Shown: positions 27,594 to 35,200 of the stretch, piece by piece | Layout: the number at the start of each line of letters is the position of its first letter | How positions within the stretch are numbered: position 1 is the first letter of the stretch | NCBI GenBank assembly: GCA_031409695.1 | Contig: JANNXS010000075.1 | Coordinates: 1 to 51,649 of the forward strand | Source of the DNA: Hyphomicrobiaceae bacterium | Lineage (GTDB): Bacteria; Pseudomonadota; Alphaproteobacteria; Rhizobiales; Hyphomicrobiaceae | Length of the DNA: 51,649 nt | Direction of reading: 5' to 3' | Notes under the pieces: generated by a model | The model's database searches: none | Told to the model about the DNA's origin: nothing | Seen by the model: only the letters and a program-made list of their open reading frames with translations | Translations under genes and position numbers: made by a program

Positions 27594-27676
27594 CCGACGG
27601 TATCAGCGTTTTCTGCTTGCGCGCGGCCGCCCCACCAACCCCGCGCGCGGATACCATCGGTCAGAAATCATGACCG
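27568..27676 (+). repeat. ~108-nt structured intergenic repeat, copy A (terminator hairpin + GC hairpin + small hairpin)
   Basis: Perfect 17-bp stem CTGATACCGTCGGTCAA-AAGCG-TTGACCGACGGTATCAG (27568-27606) followed by CGTTTTCT. Next comes GCGCGCGG-N14-CCGCGCGC, then CGGTCA-N7-TGACCG. Near-identical in reverse complement to 32381-32486. The first stem arm encodes the last codons of phr and the second arm contains its stop codon. Confidence 0.9.
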
Positions 27677-27682
27677 CTGTTA

Positions 27683-28374
27683 TTAGGCAAACATTTCGAA
27701 GACAGCCATTTGCGAGGCCGCACCGAGGCGCGCATCCTCTGGCCCGAGTGGAGAATTAGTTGCCATGTAGCCGAACGCCTCAGAGACGCGTGTTGCCCAG
27801 GCCGCAAACTCAGCCCGTGTCCACTCGAAGCGGTGATCGGGGTGGCGCAACTGCCCCGGTTTCATGGACTCGAATTTGGCGTTGTATTCGATATTCGGCG
27901 TTGTCACGACGATCACACCCGGACGCGCCATTTCAAACACAACACGCTCCACGGCGACCAATCGATCGGGATCGACGTGCTCGATCACCTCGACCAGTGA
28001 CGCGCCATCGAAGCCAGCGATGCGCTTGTCCCGATAGGTCAGCGCGCCCTGGATCAGCTTGATGCGCTGGCGCTCGGGGATCGTCTCGAGGCGCAAGCGC
28101 TTTGCCGCCATTTCAAGATCCCCAATGCTAACGTCGAGCCCGAGGATCTCGGTGAACTGCGTTTCAGCCAGCAACCGTTTCAACAGCTTGCCCGAGCCGC
28201 ACCCAAGATCGACCACGCGAGCGCAAAGGTGCACCGCGTCACTGTCGCCTCCGGGTAGAACATGTGCGCATGACCAAAGGCGAGTTCGATGGACTGCGTG
28301 CGCGTGGGGTTCTTGTGCAGGAGATAACCGAGGTCCGTCGCGGGCTGGTGCGTTGTGGTGACGGTGAGGAGCAT
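27683..28374 (-). pseudogene. hen1: hen1 (RNA 3'-terminal 2'-O-methyltransferase) remnant: internal deletion plus frameshift
   Basis: ATG 28374 (AAGGA Shine-Dalgarno) opens MLLTVTTTHQPATDLGYLLHKNPTRTQSIELAFGHAHMFYPEATVTRCTFAL, a Hen1-type N-terminus, and stops after 64 codons. From about 28216 downward a different frame encodes VVDLGCGSGKLL...VEVIEHV...RHPDHRFEWTRAEF, the complete Hen1 methyltransferase domain. The region between the two is absent. Confidence 0.78.
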
Positions 28375-28505
28375 GACCTATTTCCTTAGCACATGATCCC
28401 GACAGCGTGACGGCAATGGCGACAATCGAGGCTGACATGATTGTGCCGAGTTTCATACCTGAAGCGCGAAGACAACGTCAGCGAACAGCGCCCTTGGACC
28501 GCCCC

Positions 28506-28925
28506 CTACACCGACGAAGTCGGCTTGCCGCGTATGCCGCGCGAGCGGGATGGCTTGGCTGCGGACGGCGCAACCCCATGGACGCGACCCGCCAGCAAAG
28601 CGTCGATATCAGCAACCCAGCGCTCCGCAAGATCCTGCACGATGCCGACGGGCGAGAGCACAACGCCGTCCGAACGCAGGCGCTGCATCTGCTCATCGCG
28701 CCTCAAATGTCGGCCCACGGCTCCACCGTCGGCGACAACGCGCCACCAGGGAACGCCCTCGCGATCACCGTCATCAAGCGTTGCCAAGATATAGGCGACA
28801 TGGCGCGGCATGACCCGCAGGTGTGCGCCAATCTGTTTGTGGGTCACAACCCGCCCCAGCGGAATGCGCATGGCGATCGCCATCACGTCTGCCTTGATCC
28901 GTGTGTAGGCGTCAGATCCAGCCAT
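28506..28925 (-). CDS. MGMT-family / alkyltransferase-like (ATL) DNA-binding protein lacking the acceptor cysteine
   Basis: 139 aa with IPLGRVVTHKQIGAHL...VPWWRVV. The PCHR active-site position reads PWWR, i.e. no Cys, as in ATL/YbaZ-type proteins. Confidence 0.72.
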   Translation of the reverse strand: MAGSDAYTRIKADVMAIAMRIPLGRVVTHKQIGAHLRVMPRHVAYILATLDDGDREGVPWWRVVADGGAVGRHLRRDEQMQRLRSDGVVLSPVGIVQDLAERWVADIDALLAGRVHGVAPSAAKPSRSRGIRGKPTSSV

Positions 28926-28931
28926 GGCCCA

Positions 28932-29465
28932 TCATCCCGGCGTGCTCGGCGTCGCCCTCTTGGCCGCTTCAGTCGTTTTAGCAGTGAGCGCCGCAGCAAC
29001 CCGTGGTGACACAAACGACGTCACATTCCCCCCCATCTGCGCAATCTGGCGCACGAGGCTGGCTGTGATGTGGCGGACTCCAGGAGACGCTGGCAGAAAC
29101 ACGGTCTCGATATCCGGGGCCATGGCGCCGTTCATGCCAGACAGCTGCATCTCGTAGTCAAGATCCGTGCCGTCGCGCAGGCCACGGAAAATGCTGGTTG
29201 CTGCATGGGCACGGGCTGCATCAATGGTCAGTCCGGCGAATGTCACCGGCTTGATCTCGCAACGTGTTGCCGTGGAAATCGCAGTGCACTCAGCGGCCAG
29301 CAGGTAGATCTTTTCTTCGGTCGAAAACATCGGCGTCTTACCTGGATGCACGCCGATACCGATGATCAACACATCCACCAACCGCGCGGCACGGTTGATC
29401 TGGTCGAGGTGGCCAAGCGTCACCGGGTCAAAAGAGCCCGCGTAAAAACCAATTCGTTGCGCCAT
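28932..29465 (-). CDS. coaD: Pantetheine-phosphate adenylyltransferase
   Basis: [21 protein letters not shown] (nucleotidyltransferase T/HxGH motif) and ISSTLVR-like ITASLVRQ; 177 aa from the internal ATG 29465. Confidence 0.9.
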   Translation of the reverse strand: MAQRIGFYAGSFDPVTLGHLDQINRAARLVDVLIIGIGVHPGKTPMFSTEEKIYLLAAECTAISTATRCEIKPVTFAGLTIDAARAHAATSIFRGLRDGTDLDYEMQLSGMNGAMAPDIETVFLPASPGVRHITASLVRQIAQMGGNVTSFVSPRVAAALTAKTTEAAKRATPSTPG

Positions 29466-29599
29466 GGTAACCGTGGGGTGGGCGAGTGGCCGAAACCTAG
29501 CCGATACCACGCCGTGCCACATTATGTGTAATCGGTCACGGCCCAGAGCCGCACGTTCGATGCCTCTCGGCGACAAACTTGGTTACAAACTTTGCCCAA

Positions 29600-30073
29600 T
29601 TACAAAGCTGGGCGCGGCGGGTTCGGCGCCAGTGAATTCGGCGACACAGGGTCAGCGTCAATGATGAGTCGGACCGTGCGCCCGGTGCCGGCGTCCCGGG
29701 CGGTCACTAACATCTTGGCCTGCCCCGCCTCAGCTTCTATTTCGGCACCGAGACCCGTCCCGCGTGGCAGCGGCCGCACGTCCAGGATATCCAACGGACC
29801 CAGGTCTATGCGTGTTGCACTTGGCCGTGTTGTATCGGGGACGACAGCAGGTTGAAGCGCCTTTTGCGCGGTGAGCCAGTCCGCTTCGCTCGCCGGGCGG
29901 TTGACCGCAACCGGCTTCACAAACCCACCCCATACGTCCGCCTGTCGCTCTTGCGAGGTAGGAAACCCGCTGGTGACCCAGCTTTCGCTGCCGAGCATAG
30001 CGAGGCTCGCAGCTGCGATCCCGGCGCACCCGCAGACAAGAACCAATTGACTGACGCGACTGATGGAAACCAT
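29600..30073 (-). CDS. Hypothetical exported protein
   Basis: ORF with a hydrophobic N-terminus (MVSISRVSQLVLVCGCAGIAAASLA) when started at ATG 30073. No family recognised and the start is uncertain. Confidence 0.4.
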   Translation of the reverse strand: MVSISRVSQLVLVCGCAGIAAASLAMLGSESWVTSGFPTSQERQADVWGGFVKPVAVNRPASEADWLTAQKALQPAVVPDTTRPSATRIDLGPLDILDVRPLPRGTGLGAEIEAEAGQAKMLVTARDAGTGRTVRLIIDADPVSPNSLAPNPPRPAL

Positions 30074-30167
30074 GGAGCAGGACCGGGTTAGGGGCACACA
30101 TGCCCGCAGACGCTCGACACCAGACATATAGGTGCATGTGGGGATAGAGAAAAGGTCCCGTTCCGGA

Positions 30168-30602
30168 TCACTCCTGTCCATCGCGACGCGGTGTGGCGTA
30201 CGCACTGCGCAGGTGACGTCCAATGGCAAGGTTAGTGGCAACCAACGACGCGAAGGCGAGAGCAAGAAGGGTTAGCGTATATCCGGGCGATGGGCCGTAG
30301 GTCTCGCGCGGGGTCTCACCTGGAAACGTCGGCACTGCATTGATCATAGTAGGAGGCGGCAGCAATGCACTCGCGAGGCTGAGTTCGGGCGGTGGTGGAG
30401 CTGGGAAGGCAATGCTCGGCTCGATGTTGAATGCACCGGCCAAGACTGCAAACAAAAACAGTGCCGCGGCAAAATCGACGGCAGACCGCCGCAAAGAACG
30501 TGCGCTCGACACCACAAAATCTGCGGAAATCAGTTCAGCGGACCGTGTCGTTTCCATGTCACTCGTGTCCATGTCACTCGTGCCCATCTGTCCATATCCC
30601 AA
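30168..30602 (-). CDS. Hypothetical two-TM membrane protein
   Basis: 144-aa ORF with two hydrophobic segments (FAAALFLFAVLAGAF; LTLLALAFASLVATNLAI) and a Pro-rich loop. No family recognised. It contains a 15-bp in-frame tandem duplication at 30553-30582. Confidence 0.4.
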   Translation of the reverse strand: MGYGQMGTSDMDTSDMETTRSAELISADFVVSSARSLRRSAVDFAAALFLFAVLAGAFNIEPSIAFPAPPPPELSLASALLPPPTMINAVPTFPGETPRETYGPSPGYTLTLLALAFASLVATNLAIGRHLRSAYATPRRDGQE

Positions 30603-30793
30603 CTAGTGTCTATCCGTGTCGCGGATCAACGGCCGGTGCAAATCGCCGAGCCTTGAACGGTCGCAAGGGGACGGCTGAGCCCAACACCCGGTCAATCCTC
30701 GTATCAGCCAGAGACCAGCTGAATCGGCCTACAATATGACAGCCTTGGAGCCGCTACATGACGGTCTCGTGATCAAGCTTTGCGCTCAACGTC

Positions 30794-31582
30794 CTAAGAG
30801 CCAGTCCACACCGGCGCGCGCCTGTCGATGAAGGCGCTGATGCCCTCCGACGCATCGTTGGCGAGCATGTTCCGCACCATAACCTCGGCCGTCTGAGCGT
30901 AGGCCTCGGCGAGCGGCGCCTCAAGTTGTCGGTAGAAAGCGGCCTTGCCTAGGGCAACTGTCAGCGGCGACTTCGCCGCGATCTGGCGCGCCATGCGCTC
31001 AGCCTCAGTGACAGCCTCGCCCGCCGGCACAACCCGATTGACCAAGCCGAAATCGCGCGCCCGTTCCGCGTCCAGCATCTCGCCGAGCAGCAGCATTTCC
31101 ATGGCATGTTTGCGCGACACGTTGCGCGACAGCGCGACCATCGGCGTTGAGCAAAACAGACCAATATTGACACCTGGCGTGGCAAACTGCGCTGCAGCCC
31201 CAGCGACCGCCAGATCGCACGTCGCAACCAACTGACATCCCGCCGCCGTCGCAATCCCTTCAATGGCGGCAATCACCGGTTTCGGGCAGGCCACGATCGC
31301 CTGCATCATGACCGCACACGTATCCATGATGTGTCCGAAATAGGCCCGCCCGCGATCGGGATCGCTGCGCCGAGCGGTCAACTCCTTGAGGTCGTGCCCG
31401 GCTGAGAACGCTGGTCCATTCGCCGACAGCACGATCGCGTGCAGGCCGGTGTCCCGGCTCGCCAGATCGATGGCCCCCGTGACCGCCGCGAGCATGCCTT
31501 CCGACAAGGCGTTGCGCGCCGACGCCCGGTCCAGCGTCAGATGTAGAACGGCGTCTTTGCGGACCTGCGTAACAAATGACAT
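30794..31582 (-). CDS. Enoyl-CoA hydratase/isomerase (crotonase) family protein
   Basis: Crotonase blocks LTLDRASARNALS, FSAGHDLKE and AAIEGIATAAGCQLVATCDLAVA; 262 aa from ATG 31582. Confidence 0.88.
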   Translation of the reverse strand: MSFVTQVRKDAVLHLTLDRASARNALSEGMLAAVTGAIDLASRDTGLHAIVLSANGPAFSAGHDLKELTARRSDPDRGRAYFGHIMDTCAVMMQAIVACPKPVIAAIEGIATAAGCQLVATCDLAVAGAAAQFATPGVNIGLFCSTPMVALSRNVSRKHAMEMLLLGEMLDAERARDFGLVNRVVPAGEAVTEAERMARQIAAKSPLTVALGKAAFYRQLEAPLAEAYAQTAEVMVRNMLANDASEGISAFIDRRAPVWTGS

Positions 31583-31693
31583 GGCGGCTCCGAGAGGAAC
31601 GAAGCAGCACTCAAGTTGTGGACCAACGGGAGGCTGCATCCAGCCACCACAGATGACCGTTGGTTACGCGGCGTGCAAGCCGTAGGGGTCACA

Positions 31694-32296
31694 TCATAAA
31701 GCGCGACGGCTCTTGATGGCGGCCGACAGCGTCCCCTCGTCGAGGTAGTCAAGCTCGCCACCGACCGGCACACCACGGGCAAGCGTTGAGACCTTGATGC
31801 CGGTCGACGCCAACTCCTCATTTAAGTAGTGGGCGGTCGATTGCCCCTCAACGGTCTGCGACAGCGCCAGCAGGATTTCTGTCACCGGCGGCGCCGCCCG
31901 GCCAACCAGCGATACGATGTTGAGTTGTTCGGGCCCAAGCCCATCCAGCGGCGACAGATGTCCGCCGAGCACATGGTAGCGCGCGTTTAACACGCTCGCC
32001 CGCTCCAGCGCCCAAAGGTCCCCTATCTCTTCGACCACAACAATGATCGACGCGTCGCGGCGGTTGTCGGCGCAGATGGTGCACGGCGATTGGGTATCGA
32101 GATTGCCGCAGGTGTTGCACGAAACGATCCGATCGAGCGCCTCGGTTAGCGCGCGGGTTAAGGGCTCAAGCAGATCCGCTCGGCGCTTGATCAACGCCAG
32201 CCCGGCCTTGCGCGCCGAGCGGGGTCCAAGACCTGGCAACCGCGACAGCAACTGAATAACGCGCTCGATTTCTGGTCCGGCGATCTTTTTCGACAT
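31694..32296 (-). CDS. recR: Recombination protein RecR
   Basis: HhH motif [11 protein letters not shown], zinc finger [16 protein letters not shown] and a Toprim region; 200 aa from ATG 32296. Confidence 0.93.
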   Translation of the reverse strand: MSKKIAGPEIERVIQLLSRLPGLGPRSARKAGLALIKRRADLLEPLTRALTEALDRIVSCNTCGNLDTQSPCTICADNRRDASIIVVVEEIGDLWALERASVLNARYHVLGGHLSPLDGLGPEQLNIVSLVGRAAPPVTEILLALSQTVEGQSTAHYLNEELASTGIKVSTLARGVPVGGELDYLDEGTLSAAIKSRRAL

Positions 32297-32380
32297 GAGA
32301 CAAAGGCTCCTTGAACGAGGGCCTACGCGATTCACATGCGTTCAACGAGTAGCGATTGGTATCTGATGGCCCATAGCAGA

Positions 32381-32486
32381 GGTCATATCTTTTGACCGTT
32401 GGTATCCGCGCGGGGTTGGTGGGGCGGCCGCGCGCACACAAAAAACGCTTATACCGCCGGTCAATTGTTTTGACCGTCGGTATCAG
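32381..32486 (-). repeat. ~108-nt structured intergenic repeat, copy B (inverted relative to copy A)
   Basis: The reverse complement aligns along its length with 27568-27676, with a 32-nt core (GCGCGCGGCCGCCCCACCAACCCCGCGCG...) identical. On the minus strand the hairpin (32486-32448, 2 mismatches) starts 6 nt after the ankyrin-gene stop and is followed by TTTTTT. Confidence 0.9.
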
Positions 32487-32491
32487 TTGGC

Positions 32492-33214
32492 TCAGCGCGC
32501 GCCCGCGGCCTCAAGGATCGCGATGATCTGCGTCAGCCCGCGGGCGCGGGCATGTGACAGTGCCGTGTCGCCCTTTTTATCGGCGATGTCAGGGTTTGCC
32601 CCGGCCTTCAGGACGAGGCGGATGATCTCCTGTTGATTCGGCCCGCCGTCGCCAAGAATGACGGCTTCGAGCAGGCACGTCCAACCGAGGCTATTGATGT
32701 GATCGACATTGATCTTGGCGCTGAGCAGCAGCTTGACCGTGTCAACGTAACCGTAGTGGCAGGCCGGTATCAGTGCGGTACCGCCGTAGCGATTGAGTTT
32801 CGACAGGTCCGGCCCCTTGGGGATCATCAGCCCCAGCATTTCGGTGCGCCCACGGGCACCAGCCAACAACCAGGGCGTATCGAGATCATTGGCGACAGCA
32901 TTGATGTCAGCCCCCTCGCTGAGGAGCACTTTGAAGACCTCTATTTTGTCGGCTGCAACAGCGAGATGAAGGGGCGTGCGACCGAGGTCATCGCGCACGT
33001 TGACATTGCCGCCCGCCATCATGACGCGATTGATGGTCGAAACATCGCCGCGTTCAGCCGCATCCAACATGACCCGCCGCTGCCGTTCGATGGTGCCGGC
33101 ATCGGGCAGTTGGGCGTGAGCGTTGGGTAAAAACAGCACGCCGAAAAGCACGAGGAGGACAAGGCGCCCTCTCGCACCCCGGGGCAAGTGTGCCGTGCCA
33201 TTTGGCTCACTCAC
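32492..33214 (-). CDS. Exported ankyrin-repeat protein
   Basis: Ankyrin repeats (GRTPLHLAVAADKIEVFKVLLSEGADINA..., GDTALSHARARGLTQIIAILEAAGA) after a signal peptide (LVLLVLFGVLFLPNAHA). The only plausible start is GTG 33214, which forms a GTGA overlap with the upstream stop. Confidence 0.75.
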   Translation of the reverse strand: MSEPNGTAHLPRGARGRLVLLVLFGVLFLPNAHAQLPDAGTIERQRRVMLDAAERGDVSTINRVMMAGGNVNVRDDLGRTPLHLAVAADKIEVFKVLLSEGADINAVANDLDTPWLLAGARGRTEMLGLMIPKGPDLSKLNRYGGTALIPACHYGYVDTVKLLLSAKINVDHINSLGWTCLLEAVILGDGGPNQQEIIRLVLKAGANPDIADKKGDTALSHARARGLTQIIAILEAAGAR

Positions 33215-33864
33215 GATGGATACCTCAACTTGAGTTCGGCAACTTGATCTGGCGTGAGCGGATTGATGGCCTCGCGGCGCAACAGCAGGAACAAGCGCGC
33301 GGTCTCCTCTAGTTCTTCGATCGCGTCGGTCGCCGCGGCAAGCGTCGTGCCGGCGACAACCGGGCCGTGGTTGGCGAGCAGGATCGCGTGGTGGCGGCCC
33401 GCGAGTGCGCCAACGGCATCGGCAAGCTTTTCGTCGCCTGGCGGAAAGTATGGCGCAAGCGCCAGCGCGCCGACGCGCATGATCGAATAGGCTGTGATGG
33501 GCGGCAGAACGTTGTCGGGATCGAGGCCTTGCAAACAACTGACAGCAACGGAGTGATGCGAGTGCAGATGCACAACCGCGCCACTCATGGGACGCTTGGC
33601 ATACATGGTCGTGTGCAGGAAGGCCTCTTTCGTCGGCGCATCGCCGCCAACATGGCGGCCTGTTGCGTCAAGTGACGAGAGGCGCGCCGGATCAAGAGTA
33701 CCAAGCGACGACCCCGTCGGCGTCATCAGCCAGCCACCATCGTCGAGACGCACGGAAATGTTGCCCGTCGAGCCGTGCGTCAGACCGCGGTTGAACAAGG
33801 ACGCGCCAATGCGAACCATATCGTCGCGTATTTTCGCGTGCGAGGTCACGCCAATTTCCCCCAT
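33211..33864 (-). CDS. otnC: Class II aldolase/adducin-family protein, probable 3-oxo-tetronate 4-phosphate decarboxylase
   Basis: Class II aldolase blocks (GSTGNISVRL, VVHLHSHHSVAVS). It lies directly downstream of, and overlaps, a DUF1537-type kinase gene, the canonical OtnK-OtnC pairing. Confidence 0.65.
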   Translation of the reverse strand: MGEIGVTSHAKIRDDMVRIGASLFNRGLTHGSTGNISVRLDDGGWLMTPTGSSLGTLDPARLSSLDATGRHVGGDAPTKEAFLHTTMYAKRPMSGAVVHLHSHHSVAVSCLQGLDPDNVLPPITAYSIMRVGALALAPYFPPGDEKLADAVGALAGRHHAILLANHGPVVAGTTLAAATDAIEELEETARLFLLLRREAINPLTPDQVAELKLRYPS

Positions 33865-35123
33865 GCCTTGGTGAAGAAATCCACCGTGCCGAAGTTGCCG
33901 GATTTGAGCGCCAGCACAAGATCTACCCCGCCCGCGGCGCGCTTGCGTGCTTTGGTCCAGGGCACACCCGGGTCGATCTCGGGGCCGATCTCCAGGGCGT
34001 CGACCCCTAATCCGTTGACGACGGCACCCGAGGTTTCGCCGCCGGCGACGATGAGGCGAGTGAAGTCGGCGGCGATGAGGTGTTTCGCCGTCTCGGCCAG
34101 CGCCCGTTCGACGAGTGCGCCAGCGGCGTCACGGCCGAGCGTGGCCTGAACCGCCCGCACGTTGTCGGGATCATCGCTTGAGTAGATCAGCACGGGTTTG
34201 GTCGCGGGTTGGGCGCGGGCCCAGTCCGAGAGGTGCCTCGCCGTGACGGTGCCGTCGGCCAGTTTGGCTGGGTCTATGCGATAGGCAGGGATGCCAGCGG
34301 CGACGGCCGCTTTAACCTGGTTGCGTGTCGCCTCTGAGCAGGAGCCGGCAAGGATGGCGGCACGGCCCGGGCTGGCAGTCATCGTTTGCGGCGGTGGGGT
34401 GGCCGTCATCAGGCCGCGCTTGATGTATACGGATGGCAAGCCGAGCGCGATGCCAGAGCCGCCAGTGATCAGTTTCATGTCGGCCGCAATTTTGCCGAGG
34501 TCGTAGAGGTGCTCGTCTGTAATCGCGTCGCACACGACATACCGTTCCCCGCGCGCACGCGCGGCGCGGAAGGCATCGTCAATGGCGTCGGCGCCTTTGT
34601 TGACGGTGGCAAACGGGACGAGGCCGACCTTGTGTTGCGTTTGCCGCTGCATGACTCGCACGAGGTTGGCATCCCGCATGGGCGTAAGCGGATGATCCTT
34701 CATTGGGCTCTCGTTGAGCGGGGCGTCGCCAACGAAAAGATTGCCCATGTAGATGGTGCGCTTGTTGGTTGGGAAGGCGGGACAGACGATGGCGAGATCG
34801 GCTTTCAGGCGGATCATCAGCGCGTCGGCGACGGGGCCGATGTTGCCTGTTTCCGTCGAGTCGAAGGTCGAGCAATATTTGAAGAACAGTTGTTTTGCTC
34901 CGCGCGCCAGCAACGCCTCGGCGCTGGCGAGCGACAGGGTAACGGCATCGGTTGACGGGATTGTGCGCGACTTCAGCGCCACGACGACGGCGTCGTAGCC
35001 GTCGAGGTCTGTTGTTGCGTCCGGCACGGCCATCACTTGCACCGTGCGCATGCCCGCGCGCGTGAGCATGAGGGCGAGGTCCGTTGCGCCCGTGAGGTCA
35101 TCGGCGATGCAACCGAGAAGCAT
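33846..35123 (-). CDS. otnK: Four-carbon acid sugar kinase family protein (DUF1537), probable 3-oxo-tetronate kinase
   Basis: N-terminal MLLGCIADDLTGATDLALML (signature DDxTGA), 425 aa, C-terminal nucleotide-binding domain (VAGGETSGAVV). Confidence 0.75.
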   Translation of the reverse strand: MLLGCIADDLTGATDLALMLTRAGMRTVQVMAVPDATTDLDGYDAVVVALKSRTIPSTDAVTLSLASAEALLARGAKQLFFKYCSTFDSTETGNIGPVADALMIRLKADLAIVCPAFPTNKRTIYMGNLFVGDAPLNESPMKDHPLTPMRDANLVRVMQRQTQHKVGLVPFATVNKGADAIDDAFRAARARGERYVVCDAITDEHLYDLGKIAADMKLITGGSGIALGLPSVYIKRGLMTATPPPQTMTASPGRAAILAGSCSEATRNQVKAAVAAGIPAYRIDPAKLADGTVTARHLSDWARAQPATKPVLIYSSDDPDNVRAVQATLGRDAAGALVERALAETAKHLIAADFTRLIVAGGETSGAVVNGLGVDALEIGPEIDPGVPWTKARKRAAGGVDLVLALKSGNFGTVDFFTKAWGKLA

Positions 35124-35200
35124 GATCGGCCCCTATAAGCCACGAATGCTGCGCCGATCGTGGCGCCGAAAGAGAAACACTCCAGGCTTTTTTGCCAGTC

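Noticed and set aside
28375-28456. N-terminal extension of the 257-aa ORF (MKLGTIMSASIVAIAVTLSGSC...) that looks like a lipoprotein signal peptide fused to the Hen1 methyltransferase domain
   Set aside because: This stretch lies upstream of, and then out of frame across, the genuine hen1 start and N-terminal coding region. The signal-like look is most simply an accident of an open frame. An RNA methyltransferase exported as a lipoprotein makes no biological sense.
27568-32486. Idea that recombination between the two inverted ~108-nt repeats explains why hen1 is on the opposite strand from pnkp
   Set aside because: Flipping this segment would move hen1 about 4.7 kb further from pnkp rather than next to it. 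An inversion with breakpoints at about 24.46 and 28.4 kb fits better.
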